Positions 9,105 to 19,468 of a stretch of 64,000 nucleotides of DNA are shown here, one piece after another (position 1 is the stretch's first letter; the number at the start of each line of letters is the position of its first letter). The DNA lies in contig CAWCVO010000003.1 in assembly GCA_963798955.1 (NCBI GenBank), positions 387,074 to 451,073 on the forward strand, in the 5' to 3' direction. The notes under the pieces were generated by a model, which was given only the letters and a program-made list of their open reading frames with translations, had not been told where the DNA came from and searched no databases. The position numbers and the translations under genes are program-made. Origin of the DNA: an uncultured Chloroflexia bacterium (GTDB taxonomy: Bacteria; Chloroflexota; Limnocylindria; Limnocylindrales; CSP1-4).

Positions 9105-9485
9105 CCGGTGGCCAGCGCGCTCCCTCCTGCTCGCGTCCTCCGACCGACAGGCACAGACCATCAGCCGGCTGCACGTCACTTGGAGTGTCACTAATGCGGG
9201 CTGGGCCAACCTCGGGCGGAGCCGAATACCGAGTTCGGGAACCGTCTGCAGCTCGGGAAGTGCCCCGCCGTGTCACTACCAGTGGCGCGGGCGTTGCGTT
9301 CGTGGAGCCGGGGCGACCGCCAGGCCATGCCCGTCCGCAAAGCCGGCCGTGGTGCCACTGGCGGTGGCGAAAACGTGCGACTTGGCCCGGTCATGCGAAC
9401 CGGCCGGCCAACGCGACCTGTCCGGGCGTCAGCAAGCACGCGCCGCGACACTCGCTGTGACGTGAACGCGGTCAGCGGCGGCGGC

Positions 9486-9992
9486 TCAGCCGAGGTCGCC
9501 GCGCCAGTCGTTGCAGCGCATCACCAGTCCCGAGCCGTGCGGGTATTCGAAATCGATCGCTTCGACGAGGATGAAGCCCAGTTTGCGGCAGATCGCGTTA
9601 GAGGCCCCATTGTCGATTGATGGAAACGCGTGCACCTGGCGATGTCGGACGGGATCGTCGCACATGATGCCCAGCAGCAGGCGCATGCCCGCCGTGGCGA
9701 AACCCCTGCCCTGCTGCTCCGGCAGCACCAGCCAGCCGACCTCCCAGACGGTTTCGCCGCGCCATTCCTTTTCCCAGTAACCAACCTCGCCGGCCGGCTC
9801 GCCGGGCTCGCCGACCACGATCTTGTACTGGCGCGAGCCCGGCCGTTCGTAGCGTGCCTGGCGGCCGGACAGTTTGTGTGGCGATTCGGGCCCGCCCAGG
9901 TGCCCGGTCATCGCGGGATCACCCAGCAGGCGCTCCATCAGCCACAGGTCGCCCGTGCGCCACGGTTCGAGGCGAACCTCGGGCGTGCTCAA
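9486..9992 (-). CDS. GNAT family N-acetyltransferase (RimJ/RimL-like)
   Basis: 168 aa with acetyl-CoA binding motif QQGRGFATAG, downstream NGASNAICRKLGF, and typical GNAT length. 4-nt overlap with the upstream gene. Confidence 0.85.
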   Translation of the reverse strand: MSTPEVRLEPWRTGDLWLMERLLGDPAMTGHLGGPESPHKLSGRQARYERPGSRQYKIVVGEPGEPAGEVGYWEKEWRGETVWEVGWLVLPEQQGRGFATAGMRLLLGIMCDDPVRHRQVHAFPSIDNGASNAICRKLGFILVEAIDFEYPHGSGLVMRCNDWRGDLG

Positions 9993-10918
9993 CGCCAGCT
10001 GCGCGACTCGAGCACGTCGAAGGCCGCCGACCGTCCGGACACGGCGTCGCGAATGCGCCGCTCGGTGAAATCGGAGATGGGCGTCGGCAACTCGGCCGGA
10101 TCACACCACGCCACGCGATCGATCTCCGGCGGCTGGGCCGTCGGCTCGCCCCCGTCTGGCAGCGTGCAGCGGAATACGAAGTGCAACAGCGGGCCGAAAT
10201 CGTGGCTCAGCTCGAAGTAGACGCCCGTCAGCGAGCCGGCGCTGCCCACCAGCGTGGTCTCCTCGCGCAACTCGCGCTGTGCGGCGGCCAGGGGTGACTC
10301 GTTGGGCTGGACGAGACCGCCCGGCAGCGACCACTCGCGCCGCGCGTAGGTGTGCCGAACGAGAAGCACCCGATTCCGGGCGTCGAGGATGACGCACGCG
10401 GCGCCCATGTGGACGCTGCCAAGTGGCCCGGGACCGGGATCCTGTGGCTCGGGCGGCACCGTCTCGGCACCCGCTTCCGCGGCGGCTGCGGCGGCCGGGT
10501 CGTCGAGCGCCAGGTTGGCCAGGGCGTCGGCAGCGCGGTTGGTGGCGCGTGGCTCGTGGCGTACCGACCAGCGCTCGAAGCCGGCCAGCAGCTCGCGTGC
10601 GCGCGCGGCGAGCGGCGCAATGCTGGCGTGGCGCACCTTCCAGCGCCCCGACAGCTGCTCCACGACCAGCTGCGAGTCGAGGATCAACTCGACCTCGCGC
10701 GCGCCCAGCGCGTGCGCCTTCTCGAGCGCGAGGATCACGCCCGTGTACTCGGCGAAGTTGTTCGTTTGCGTGCCCAGCGGGCGGGCGATGACCGCGATCG
10801 GCGGGCAGTCGGGGTCATGCGCGTCGTCCCGCGCCAGGTCGATCAGGACGGCGCCCGAGGCCGCCGGTCCGGGGTTGCCACGCGCCGCCCCGTCAGCGCG
10901 GATCAGGATCCGCGGCAC
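9989..10918 (-). CDS. RNase HI domain fused to a NUDIX hydrolase domain
   Basis: The N-terminal half has the RNase H DEDD residues in context (IRADGAARGNPGP, NNFAEYTGVILALE, LILDSQLVVEQ, NRAADALAN). The C-terminal half has a NUDIX box GGLVQPNESPLAAAQRELREETTL. GTG start at 10916-10918, 17 nt after the sdhB stop; the longer track ORF overlaps sdhB. Confidence 0.85.
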   Translation of the reverse strand: MPRILIRADGAARGNPGPAASGAVLIDLARDDAHDPDCPPIAVIARPLGTQTNNFAEYTGVILALEKAHALGAREVELILDSQLVVEQLSGRWKVRHASIAPLAARARELLAGFERWSVRHEPRATNRAADALANLALDDPAAAAAAEAGAETVPPEPQDPGPGPLGSVHMGAACVILDARNRVLLVRHTYARREWSLPGGLVQPNESPLAAAQRELREETTLVGSAGSLTGVYFELSHDFGPLLHFVFRCTLPDGGEPTAQPPEIDRVAWCDPAELPTPISDFTERRIRDAVSGRSAAFDVLESRSWR

Positions 10919-10935
10919 GGCTCCGGGGGACTGGC

Positions 10936-11634
10936 TCAGACCTTGCGCTCCACGGCGGCACTCGAGACCTCGAGGATGGCCTGGGTGATGTTGATGCCGC
11001 GCGGACACGCATCGGTGCAATTGAAGATCGTGCGGCAGCGCCACACGCCTTCCTGGTCGGACAGGATCTCGAGGCGTTCGTCGGCGCCGTGGTCGCGCGT
11101 GTCAAAGATGAAGCGATGCGCGTTGACGATCGCGGCCGGGCCGACGTACGACGGTTGCGCCCAGAAAGAAGGGCAGGAAGACGTGCACGCGGCGCACAGG
11201 ATGCACTTGGTCGTGTCGTCGAAGCGGTCGCGGTCGTGCTGGCTCTGGAGCCGCTCGCGCTCGGGCGGTGGCTCGTCGTTGACCAGGAATGGGGTGACGC
11301 TGCGGTACTTCTCGAAAAAGCCGTCCATGTCCACGACCAGGTCCTTGATCACCGGCAGGCCGGGCAACGGAGCGACCGAAATCCTGCGCCCGAGCTGGTC
11401 GACGCGGATCTTGCACGCCAGCCGGTTGCGACCGTTGATGAGCATCGCATCCGACCCGCATACGCCATGCGCACACGACCGGCGGAACGTCAGCCGACCG
11501 TCGTGCTCCCACTTGACGCGATGGAGCAGGTCGAGCACCCGGTCCATGGGCTCCGCGGCGACCGCGTAGCGCTCCCAGTGGGGCTTCTGGTCGGTCTCCG
11601 GATCGAAGCGCAGGATGCGCAGGTCTACGTCCAT
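10936..11634 (-). CDS. sdhB: succinate dehydrogenase / fumarate reductase iron-sulfur subunit
   Basis: 232 aa. 2Fe-2S motif CAHGVCGSDAMLINGRNRLAC and 4Fe-4S/3Fe-4S motifs CILCAACTSSCP and CRTIFNCTDACP. Confidence 0.95.
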   Translation of the reverse strand: MDVDLRILRFDPETDQKPHWERYAVAAEPMDRVLDLLHRVKWEHDGRLTFRRSCAHGVCGSDAMLINGRNRLACKIRVDQLGRRISVAPLPGLPVIKDLVVDMDGFFEKYRSVTPFLVNDEPPPERERLQSQHDRDRFDDTTKCILCAACTSSCPSFWAQPSYVGPAAIVNAHRFIFDTRDHGADERLEILSDQEGVWRCRTIFNCTDACPRGINITQAILEVSSAAVERKV

Positions 11635-11669
11635 CTCGATCCGATGTTATCGGTCACGTGCCGGCCGCC

Positions 11670-13412
11670 TCAGTAGGTGCGCGGCTTGGGCTGGAACTTG
11701 GTGATCGTGACCGGCTTGTAGCGCAGGTCGGGGCCACCCTCGGCGCGGAATGCGAGCGTATGGCGCAGCCAGTCGCCGTCGTTGCGCTCGGGGAAGTCCT
11801 CGCGGAAGTGTGCGCCGCGGCTCTCCTCGCGCGCCAGGGCTCCGGCGACGGTCGCCTCGGCACAGTCGAGCAGGTAGCCCACCTCGCGTGCCTCGAGCAG
11901 GTCGGTATTGAAGACGCGACCGGTGTCCTGGATGGCCACCCGCGTGTAGCGCTCGCGCAGTTCACGCAGCTTGCGCGTCATCGCCTCGAGCGACTCGCGC
12001 GTCCGGAACACGCCGCAGTTGTCCATCATCTCGGCGGCCAGCTCAAGCCGGATGTGCTGGGCGTTCTCGCCGCGCCGGCGGGTGCGCAGCGCCTCCAGCT
12101 CAGCGCGCACCGACTCGGCGGCGTCGGCGGGGAGTGCCGGCAGCTCGGCGTGGGCGGCCTTGACGTCGGTCGCCATCGAGCGGCCCGCACGCCGGCCATA
12201 CACCAGGATGTCGAGCAGCGAGTTGGTGCCCAGCCGGTTCGCGCCATGGACGCTGACACAGGCACACTCCCCCGCGGCATACAGTCCGGGCAGCAGGTTG
12301 CCCGCTTCGTCGGCCAGTACGCGCGAGTCCAGGTTGGTCGGAATACCGCCCATGGCGTAGTGCGCGGTGGGCGTCACGCGCACCGGCTGGGTGATCGGTT
12401 CGACGCCCTGGTAAACGCGCGCAAACTCGGTGATGTCAGGCAGCTTCTCGTCGATGACCTTCTTGCCCAGGTGCGTCAGATCGAGGTGCAGGTAGTCCTC
12501 GCCACCGATGCCGCGGCCGGCGCGAATCTCCATGTACATCGCGCGGGCGACCACGTCGCGCGGCGCCAGGTCGAGCAATGTCGGTGCGTAGCGTTCCATG
12601 AACCGCTCGCCGGCGTCGTTGCGCAGGATGCCGCCCTCGCCGCGCGCCGCCTCCGAGAGCAGGATGCCGATGCCCACGATGCCGGTCGGGTGGAACTGGA
12701 AGAACTCCATGTCCTCCAGCGGCACGCCGCGCCGATAGGCCAGCGCAACGCCGTCACCGGTCAGCGAGAACGCGTTCGAAGTGATCCTGAACATGCGCCC
12801 GAAACCGCCCGTGGCGAACATGACCGCGGCGGAGCGGAAGATATGCAGCTCGCCGTCGGCGATGCGATACGCGACCACGCCGCGTGTTTCGCCGTCCTCG
12901 ATGAGCACGTCGACGACGTGGTACTCGTCGAAGAACTCGACCTCGTGCTTGATGCACTGCTGGTACAGCGTCTGCAGGATCATGTGGCCGGTCCGGTCGG
13001 CCGCGTAGCAGGCGCGCCGTACCGGCGCCTCGCCGAAGTTGCGCGTGTGGCCGCCGAAGCGGCGCTGGTCGATCTTGCCCTCGGCGGTCCGGTTGAAGGG
13101 CAGGCCCATGTGCTCGAGCTCGATGACCGTGTCGATGGCCTCGCGCGCGAGGATCTCGGCCGCGTCCTGGTCGACCAGGTAGTCACCACCCTTGACCGTG
13201 TCGTACATGTGCCACTCGGGGTGGTCTTCCTCCTGGTTGCCGAGCGCGGCGCAGATGCCGCCCTGGGCGGCGCCGGTGTGCGAGCGGGTGGGATAGAGCT
13301 TCGTCAGGACGGCCGTCTTGACGCCGTCGCGGGCAAGCTCGAGGGCGGCCCACAGGCCGGCGCCGCCGGCCCCGACGATGACCGCCGGGTAGTCGTGCAC
13401 GGTTACGCTCAT
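11670..13412 (-). CDS. sdhA: succinate dehydrogenase flavoprotein subunit
   Basis: 580 aa. FAD fingerprint [15 protein letters not shown], covalent-FAD histidine context [10 protein letters not shown], and HPTG / HYAMGG motifs. Confidence 0.95.
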   Translation of the reverse strand: MSVTVHDYPAVIVGAGGAGLWAALELARDGVKTAVLTKLYPTRSHTGAAQGGICAALGNQEEDHPEWHMYDTVKGGDYLVDQDAAEILAREAIDTVIELEHMGLPFNRTAEGKIDQRRFGGHTRNFGEAPVRRACYAADRTGHMILQTLYQQCIKHEVEFFDEYHVVDVLIEDGETRGVVAYRIADGELHIFRSAAVMFATGGFGRMFRITSNAFSLTGDGVALAYRRGVPLEDMEFFQFHPTGIVGIGILLSEAARGEGGILRNDAGERFMERYAPTLLDLAPRDVVARAMYMEIRAGRGIGGEDYLHLDLTHLGKKVIDEKLPDITEFARVYQGVEPITQPVRVTPTAHYAMGGIPTNLDSRVLADEAGNLLPGLYAAGECACVSVHGANRLGTNSLLDILVYGRRAGRSMATDVKAAHAELPALPADAAESVRAELEALRTRRRGENAQHIRLELAAEMMDNCGVFRTRESLEAMTRKLRELRERYTRVAIQDTGRVFNTDLLEAREVGYLLDCAEATVAGALAREESRGAHFREDFPERNDGDWLRHTLAFRAEGGPDLRYKPVTITKFQPKPRTY

Positions 13413-13428
13413 ACGGAAATCACCTGCA

Positions 13429-13896
13429 TCACATCGGCGACGACAGCGTCAGCACGACCTGGGTGCCGATCACGAACAGCACCAGCGCGATCGCGTAGAG
13501 CGTCCACAGCGTGCCGCGCCGCCAGCTCGGCGCGTGGACGTAGTCGAGCACCACGGTGCGCATGCCCATGAACGCGTGGAACAGCACGAGCATGAGCAGC
13601 AGCCAGTCGAACCCGCGCCAGAAGATGTTGTTCCAGCGCTGGTCGGCGATGAAGCTGGCAGTTTCCGAAGCCGGGTCCCAGATGAAATGCTGGATGCTGA
13701 AATGCGCCAGCGCGAGCACGAAGAGGGCCACGCCGGAGACGCGCATGAAGTACCAGACGAGGGTTTCGCGGCGTGAGCCGACCGGCCGCGCGCGGCCACG
13801 GGTGATGGGCGAGATGCGTGGTCCGGGCGCGTCCCCGGTCGGCGGCGGGGATCCTTCCGCGGGCGCGCTACCGGCGGGCAGCGTCGGTTCGGCCAT
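13429..13896 (-). CDS. sdhD: succinate dehydrogenase hydrophobic membrane anchor subunit (SdhD-like)
   Basis: 155 aa with a Pro-rich N-terminal tail, then 3 TM helices with conserved His ([16 protein letters not shown]). The ATG at 13894-13896 overlaps the sdhC stop (ATGA). The longer track ORF is read-through. Confidence 0.75.
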   Translation of the reverse strand: MAEPTLPAGSAPAEGSPPPTGDAPGPRISPITRGRARPVGSRRETLVWYFMRVSGVALFVLALAHFSIQHFIWDPASETASFIADQRWNNIFWRGFDWLLLMLVLFHAFMGMRTVVLDYVHAPSWRRGTLWTLYAIALVLFVIGTQVVLTLSSPM

Positions 13897-14297
13897 CAGC
13901 CCAGACCCAGCTGCTGGAGCAGCGGCAGCCATACCGGACGCAGGATGATGACCGCCCCGGGCACGCCCAGGCCGACGAAGATCACCCAGCTGCCCCACCA
14001 CAGGACGCGGTGGTAGATGGTCAGCGGCGGCCACAGGTCGATGATCACGATGCGCAGCCCGTTGAGCGCGTGGTACAGCAGCGCGGCCCCGAGCAATACC
14101 TCGAGGATGCGTCCGGGCAGGCTGGCGTAGAACTGCAGCACCTCGTCGTAGAGCTGCGGATTGCCGCCGACGAGGTAGATGTCGATGACGTGCAGGACCA
14201 CGAACGCAAAGATGGCCACGCCACTGATGCGATGGAAGGCCCATGCCAGCATGCCTTCGCGGCCGCGATAGCGCAGCAGCGTGGGCAGCCGGCTCAT
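13896..14297 (-). CDS. sdhC: succinate dehydrogenase cytochrome b subunit (SdhC-like)
   Basis: 133 aa, 3 TM helices, heme-ligand-type His in [20 protein letters not shown] overlap with the icd stop. Lies in the sdh operon. Confidence 0.8.
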   Translation of the reverse strand: MSRLPTLLRYRGREGMLAWAFHRISGVAIFAFVVLHVIDIYLVGGNPQLYDEVLQFYASLPGRILEVLLGAALLYHALNGLRIVIIDLWPPLTIYHRVLWWGSWVIFVGLGVPGAVIILRPVWLPLLQQLGLG

Positions 14298-15316
14298 GGC
14301 TGGGCCGGCGTAGCGGCGACGCGCTCGGCGACCGCCTCACCAAAGGCGCGCGTGCCCGCGTCGCCGCCCAGGTCGCGCGGCACCGTGCGGCCCCTGCCGA
14401 TCACGTCGCGCACCGCCTGCTCGACCCGCTCTGCCGCGTTGGTCTCACCCAGGTGACGGAGCATCAGCGCGCCGGACAGGATCAGCGCGGTTGGGTTGGC
14501 CACGTCTTTGCCCGCGTACTTGGGGGCCGAGCCGTGGACCGGCTCGAAGACCGCGGCCTGCTCGCCGATGTTGGCCCCCGGCGCGACGCCCAGGCCCCCG
14601 ACCAGGCCGGCACACAGGTCGCTGACGATGTCGCCGTAGAGGTTGGGCAACACCAGCACGTCGTACAGCTCCGGCTTCTGCACCAGCTGCATGCACATGT
14701 TGTCGACGATGCGATCCTCGAACTCGATGCGCCCCTCGTACTCGGCGGCCACCGTGCGGCAGCTCTCGAGGAACAGGCCGTCGGACAGCTTCATGATGTT
14801 CGCCTTGTGGACGGCCGTCACCTTGTGGCGGCCGTTGTTGACGGCATACTCAAAGGCGAACCGCGCGATCCGCTCGGACGCGGCGCGGGTGATGATCTTG
14901 ATGCTCTCCGCGGCGTCGGGGCCGACGCGATGCTCGATGCCCGCGTACAGGTCCTCGGTGTTCTCGCGCACGATGACCAGGTCGACGTCGTGGTAGCGCG
15001 TCTCGACGCCCTTGATCGACCGCGCCGGCCGCAGGTTGGCGTACAGGTCGAGTGCCTGGCGCAGGGTCACGTTGACCGAGCGGAAACCCTCCCCCACGGG
15101 TGTGGTGATCGGGCCCTTGAGCGCGACCTTCGTCGTGCGGATGGAGTCGAGTACGCCGGTCGGTAGCGGAGTGCCGTGAATCGCGATCTGTGATTCGCCG
15201 GCATCGACGCGACGCCAGTCGAAAGCCAGGCCGGTGGCCTCGAGCACGCCGACGGTGGCGGCCGCGAGCTCCGGCCCGATCCCGTCGCCGGGGATCAGGG
15301 TGACGGTGTAGGTCAC
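14294..15316 (-). CDS. icd: isocitrate dehydrogenase, NAD-dependent type (isocitrate/isopropylmalate dehydrogenase family)
   Basis: 340 aa. [49 protein letters not shown] and [10 protein letters not shown] match the IDH3-like branch. Translationally coupled to sdhC. Confidence 0.85.
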   Translation of the reverse strand: MTYTVTLIPGDGIGPELAAATVGVLEATGLAFDWRRVDAGESQIAIHGTPLPTGVLDSIRTTKVALKGPITTPVGEGFRSVNVTLRQALDLYANLRPARSIKGVETRYHDVDLVIVRENTEDLYAGIEHRVGPDAAESIKIITRAASERIARFAFEYAVNNGRHKVTAVHKANIMKLSDGLFLESCRTVAAEYEGRIEFEDRIVDNMCMQLVQKPELYDVLVLPNLYGDIVSDLCAGLVGGLGVAPGANIGEQAAVFEPVHGSAPKYAGKDVANPTALILSGALMLRHLGETNAAERVEQAVRDVIGRGRTVPRDLGGDAGTRAFGEAVAERVAATPAQP

Positions 15317-15426
15317 GCGCGAATTTCCTCCTCACCGCGCAGGTCAAAGTGCCTGCGCCACGCGGGAAGAACAGTGTAGGCGCGCCACCCGATTTTCCGC
15401 TTGGCCGTCGCGCGCCGCTCGCGGGC

Positions 15427-15432
15427 TACAAT
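15427..15432 (+). promoter_or_regulatory. -10-like hexamer TACAAT; implies leaderless or near-leaderless sucC mRNA
   Basis: TACAAT ends 8 nt before the sucC ATG (15441), and no Shine-Dalgarno sequence lies between them. No good -35 at 17 nt. Confidence 0.35.
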
Positions 15433-15440
15433 CGGGACGC

Positions 15441-16640
15441 ATGAAGCTTCAGGAGTTCCACGCCAAGAAACTCCTGCTCGCCGAAGGCCTGCCCGTCCCG
15501 GACTATTCGGTCGCCGAGACCGCCGCCGACACGCGCGCCGCGGCCGAGCCGTTCCTGCGTGGGCCGGCGGGCAAGGTCGTCGTCAAGGCGCAGGTGCTCG
15601 TGGGTGGTCGCGGCAAAGCCGGCGGCGTGAAGCTTGCGTCGAGCGCCGCGGAGGCCGAGCAGGTCGCAAGCCAGATCCTGGGCATGGACATCAAGGGCAC
15701 CACCGTGCGGCGCGTGCTCGTGGCCCCGGCGGCCGACATCGCCAGCGAGTTCTACCTGGCGTGCGTGCTCGACCGCAGTGCCAAGCGCGTGCGGCTGATG
15801 GGCTCGGCCGAGGGCGGCGTGGAGATCGAAGAGGTCGCCGCGACCAAGCCCCAGGCCATCCATCACGTCTATGCCCATCCGCACCTGGGGTTGCTCGACT
15901 TCCAGGCCCGCCAGCTGGCGTTCGAGCTGGGCCTCGGCGGGCGCCATCTGCGCGAGTTCGTGGCCATCGCCAAGGGCCTCTACCGGACGATGGTCGGCAA
16001 CGACGCCGACCTCGTCGAGATCAATCCACTCGCCATCGTGCGCGAGCTGGGCGCCGACGGGACCACGCGCGAAGTGCTGCAGTGCCTCGACGCCAAGGTG
16101 ACGATCGACGACTCGGCGCTGGACCGTCATCCGGACCTCGAGCTGATGCGCGACATCGCCGAGGAGGACCCCGTTGACGTCGCGGCGCGCGAGCAGGGAC
16201 TCTCCTTCATTCGCCTCGACGGCAACATCGGCTGCATGGTCAACGGCGCTGGGCTGGCCATGACGACCATGGACCTGATCAAGCGCGCGGGCGGCCAGCC
16301 GGCCAACTTCCTCGACATCGGCGGTGGCGCCAAGGCCGACAAGGTTGCGGCCGCCATGAAGCTGATCCTCGCCGACACGCACGTGAAGGCGATCCTGGTC
16401 AACATCTTCGGCGGTATCGCGCGCGGCGACGAGGTTGCTCACGGCCTGGTCGAGGCGCGCCGCCAGCAGGAGCGCCACGTGCCCATGGTCGTGCGCATCG
16501 TGGGCACCAATGCCGACGAGGCGGCGCGCATCCTCGCCGATGCGGGCGATGCTGACCTGCAGACCGCCGAGTCGCTCGACGACGCCGTCACCCGGGCGGT
16601 CGCGGTGGCCACCGGTGCCGCCGCCGGAGCATCGGCATGA
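15441..16640 (+). CDS. sucC: succinyl-CoA synthetase beta subunit
   Basis: 399 aa. [12 protein letters not shown] start, ATP-grasp region, and [33 protein letters not shown] motifs. Confidence 0.95.
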   Translation: MKLQEFHAKKLLLAEGLPVPDYSVAETAADTRAAAEPFLRGPAGKVVVKAQVLVGGRGKAGGVKLASSAAEAEQVASQILGMDIKGTTVRRVLVAPAADIASEFYLACVLDRSAKRVRLMGSAEGGVEIEEVAATKPQAIHHVYAHPHLGLLDFQARQLAFELGLGGRHLREFVAIAKGLYRTMVGNDADLVEINPLAIVRELGADGTTREVLQCLDAKVTIDDSALDRHPDLELMRDIAEEDPVDVAAREQGLSFIRLDGNIGCMVNGAGLAMTTMDLIKRAGGQPANFLDIGGGAKADKVAAAMKLILADTHVKAILVNIFGGIARGDEVAHGLVEARRQQERHVPMVVRIVGTNADEAARILADAGDADLQTAESLDDAVTRAVAVATGAAAGASA

Positions 16641-17524
16641 GCATCCTGGTCGGGCGCGAGACACGCCTGCTGGTGCAGGGCATCACCGGCCGCGAAGGCG
16701 GCTTCCATGCACAGCAGATGCAGGACTACGGCACCAACGTGGTCGCCGGCATGACCCCCGGCAAGGGCGGCCAGACGGCGCTCGAGCGGCCGGTGCCGGT
16801 CTTTGACACGTGCACGGCGGCAGTGCGCGAGACCGGCGCCAACACGAGCGTCATCTACGTGCCGGCGTCCGGCGCGCCGGACGCCATCCTCGAGGCCCTC
16901 GACGCCGGCATCGGGACCGTCCTGTGCATCACCGAGCACATTCCCGCGCTCGACATGTTGCGCGTCATTCCCGTGGTCGAGCAGCACGGCGCGCGGCTGG
17001 TGGGCCCCAACTGCCCCGGCGCGACGTCACCCGGGCAGGCCAAGGTGGGCATCATCCCGGGCAACATCCACAAGACCGGCCACGTCGGCGTGGTGAGCCG
17101 GTCGGGCACGCTGACCTACGAGGTGGTCGAGGCCCTGACCGAGGCCGGCATCGGGCAGTCGACGTGCGTGGGCATCGGCGGTGATCCGATCGTCGGCTCC
17201 AACTTCATCGACATCCTGCCCCTCTTCCGCGACGACCCGCAGACCGAGGCCGTCGTGCTGATCGGCGAGATCGGTGGCGACGCCGAGGAGCGCGCCGCCG
17301 AGTGGATCGCCCAGAACATGCAGGGCGTGCCGATGGCCGCCTTCATCGCCGGCCGAACGGCGCCGCCCGGCCGCCGCATGGGCCATGCCGGGGCGATCAT
17401 CAGCGGCGGCCGGGGCACCGCCGAGAGCAAGGTCGCCGCGCTCGAGGCGGCCGGCGTGCGCGTTGCCGAGGCTCCCAGCCAGATCCCCCAGCTCCTGGTG
17501 CAGGCCGGCGTCAAGGCCGGCTGA
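16637..17524 (+). CDS. sucD: succinyl-CoA synthetase alpha subunit
   Basis: 295 aa. [17 protein letters not shown] and the phosphohistidine loop [15 protein letters not shown] overlap with sucC. Confidence 0.95.
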   Translation: MSILVGRETRLLVQGITGREGGFHAQQMQDYGTNVVAGMTPGKGGQTALERPVPVFDTCTAAVRETGANTSVIYVPASGAPDAILEALDAGIGTVLCITEHIPALDMLRVIPVVEQHGARLVGPNCPGATSPGQAKVGIIPGNIHKTGHVGVVSRSGTLTYEVVEALTEAGIGQSTCVGIGGDPIVGSNFIDILPLFRDDPQTEAVVLIGEIGGDAEERAAEWIAQNMQGVPMAAFIAGRTAPPGRRMGHAGAIISGGRGTAESKVAALEAAGVRVAEAPSQIPQLLVQAGVKAG

Positions 17525-17612
17525 GGTACCCCGCGGGTACCTCTTCCGCCCGGCAGGCGGCATCGCTAGACTCGCGCCGCCGCTCCGCTCACGGAGCCCG
17601 AGGGAGGCCGTG

Positions 17613-18533
17613 ATGTCACAGTTCACCGGGTCGACGTTCGGCAAGTACAGCCGGATGTACCTGATCGTGCTGGGGGCCATCTTCCTGGTTGTCGGCCTGG
17701 TCGTCATCGCGACGCTGGCCAGCGTTCCCTATGCCGGCGGCGGGATGGTGCTCATGGGCGGCATCTTCGCCGCCGTGGGTGCGATCCTCATCCTCATCGG
17801 CGTCATCATCGGCCGGGGCGCAGCGGCTACCGACCAATTGCTGGCAACCGGCCTTGCCGGCACGGCCACGGTCAGCGGCCTGACGCAGACCGGCATGTAC
17901 CTCAACGACCAGCCGCAGGTCGCGATGGACCTGCTGGTCGACGTTCCCGGCCGCGCCCCGTACCCCGCCAGGCACCACGAATTCGTGCCGCTCATCCTGC
18001 TCGGACGACTGTCATCGGGCGCTCCGCTGGCGGTGCGCGTCGACCCGGCCGACCCGCAGCGCCTGACCGTTGACTGGCAGTCGACCGGCCTCGCCGCGCC
18101 GGCAGCCGCAGCCGTCGGTGCTGCATCCGCTGCATCCGCTGCATCGGTTGGCGGCACGGTCGACGAAACCCTCAGCCAGGTACAGGCGGCCCTCACCGCG
18201 AGCGGCGTGCAGGGGGTGGCCCCGCCGTTCGCCATGGCCGAGCAGGCCAACTTCACCGTCGAGCAGTTGCGCGACTACCTGCGCAGCAGCGGCCTCGAGG
18301 CGAGCGCGACGGTGGACACACTCGAGGACACCGGCCGCATCCAGGGCGACGAACGCGTCTACGCGATGGAGATGACGCTCAATATTCCAGGCCAGGCGCC
18401 CAAGAAGTTGCCCAAATCCGTGGCCATGGTGCCCATCACGCAGTCGTTCAAGCTCAAGCAGGGCATGACCGTCCCGGTCCGCTACGCGGCCCAGAACCCG
18501 GACCTCCTGATGGTCGAATGGGACAAGATCTAG
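17613..18533 (+). CDS. hypothetical membrane protein with internally duplicated extracytoplasmic domain
   Basis: The ATG at 17613 is preceded by GAGGGAGG. Two N-terminal TM helices are followed by two similar ~75-aa segments (..TATVSGLTQTG..PG.AP..PLAVRVDPADPQRLTVDW and ..SATVDTLEDTG..PGQAP..VPVRYAAQNPDLLMVEW). The track ORF start at 17274 overlaps sucD. Confidence 0.7.
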   Translation: MSQFTGSTFGKYSRMYLIVLGAIFLVVGLVVIATLASVPYAGGGMVLMGGIFAAVGAILILIGVIIGRGAAATDQLLATGLAGTATVSGLTQTGMYLNDQPQVAMDLLVDVPGRAPYPARHHEFVPLILLGRLSSGAPLAVRVDPADPQRLTVDWQSTGLAAPAAAAVGAASAASAASVGGTVDETLSQVQAALTASGVQGVAPPFAMAEQANFTVEQLRDYLRSSGLEASATVDTLEDTGRIQGDERVYAMEMTLNIPGQAPKKLPKSVAMVPITQSFKLKQGMTVPVRYAAQNPDLLMVEWDKI

Positions 18534-18976
18534 GCCGGCTTGAAGACCATCAGCGCCAGGATTACCGCGACGACCGCAATGGTGGCAAAGCCGAGCAGAT
18601 TGCTGCGCGCAGCGGCCGACCGGTACGCGGCCGAGGTGGGATCGGCCGCGAGCGTTAGCTGGCGGCGGATGGCCGGCGCGTAGAAGACGATGCCGAGAAG
18701 TGCCACCAGGCCGTACAGGCCCAGTGCGGCGAGGACCCACAGGGCGGTCAACGGGTAGGCACCCAGGAAGACCATCGCCAGGCCCGTCAGCAGCACGAGG
18801 CCATATGCCGGGTTGGCGACCCGCGCATCAAGCCGCCGGATGGCACTGATCGTGTAGCGCAGGCGGTTGGCGTCGCTGCCCGCCAGGCGCAGCCAGTAGG
18901 CATACGTGACGTTGGCGCCCACCGCGATGATTGCCGACGCGATGTGGACGAACTTCAACGGCAGGATCCAGTCCAC
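18530..18976 (-). CDS. integral membrane protein (DUF2269-like, 4 TM)
   Basis: 148 aa with four hydrophobic helices; resembles the DUF2269 family by eye only. The stop overlaps the stop of the convergent gene within CTAG (18530-18533). Confidence 0.65.
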   Translation of the reverse strand: MDWILPLKFVHIASAIIAVGANVTYAYWLRLAGSDANRLRYTISAIRRLDARVANPAYGLVLLTGLAMVFLGAYPLTALWVLAALGLYGLVALLGIVFYAPAIRRQLTLAADPTSAAYRSAAARSNLLGFATIAVVAVILALMVFKPA

Positions 18977-18982
18977 GCTAGC

Positions 18983-19468
18983 TCAGCCCTCTTCCGCATG
19001 CATGCCGAGGGCCGTCCAGGCCGGACCGCCAGGTGCCTCGATCAACTCCACCAGCACGCCGTGGCACGAACGCGGGTGGATGAACGCAACGGGCCCCTCG
19101 GCGCCGCGGCGGGGCGCCGTGTCGATCAGCTCGACGCCGCCCGCCGCGAGGCGCGCGAGCTCGGCGGCGACGTCGTCGACCTCGAAACAGACGTGGTGGA
19201 AACCCTCGCCGCGCGTCTCGAGGAAACGCGCCACGCCGGTCGAGGCATCCGTCGGCTCGACCAGCTCGACGTTCGATTCGCCAACAGGCAGGAACGCGAT
19301 GCGCACTCCGTCGCCGGGGATGGGCATCAGCACGTCGAGCGGCAGCCGCAGCTGGTCGCGGTAGAAGGCCAGGGCGCGCTCCATGTCGCGCACCACGATC
19401 GCGACGTGATGCACTCGTGCCGGTTGGCTGAGGGGCAGATCGAGCGGCCGTTTGCCGGGCGCTGCCAT
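18983..19468 (-). CDS. methylmalonyl-CoA epimerase (VOC/glyoxalase fold)
   Basis: 161 aa. HHVAIVVRDMERALAFY .. NVELVEP .. GEGFHHVCFEVDD .. VAFIHP are typical epimerase metal-ligand contexts. The start overlaps the mutase stop by 1 nt. Confidence 0.85.
   Translation of the reverse strand: MAAPGKRPLDLPLSQPARVHHVAIVVRDMERALAFYRDQLRLPLDVLMPIPGDGVRIAFLPVGESNVELVEPTDASTGVARFLETRGEGFHHVCFEVDDVAAELARLAAGGVELIDTAPRRGAEGPVAFIHPRSCHGVLVELIEAPGGPAWTALGMHAEEG

Noticed and set aside
9280-9400. Possible cobalamin riboswitch because of GCCACTG (9354-9360) and CGCCACTGG-like strings
   Set aside because: The other conserved elements (GGTGAAAxTCC-type stem, B12 box) are absent on either strand, and no B12-related gene lies downstream.
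11658-13571. Long antisense ORFs opposite sdhA (637 aa), sucC (15426..16664), mutase (19489..21105), hdrA (34440..36710) and mvhA (38184..39854)
   Set aside because: Same reasoning. The opposite strand encodes unmistakable enzymes, and the antisense translations are Arg/Asp/His-rich with no recognisable domains.
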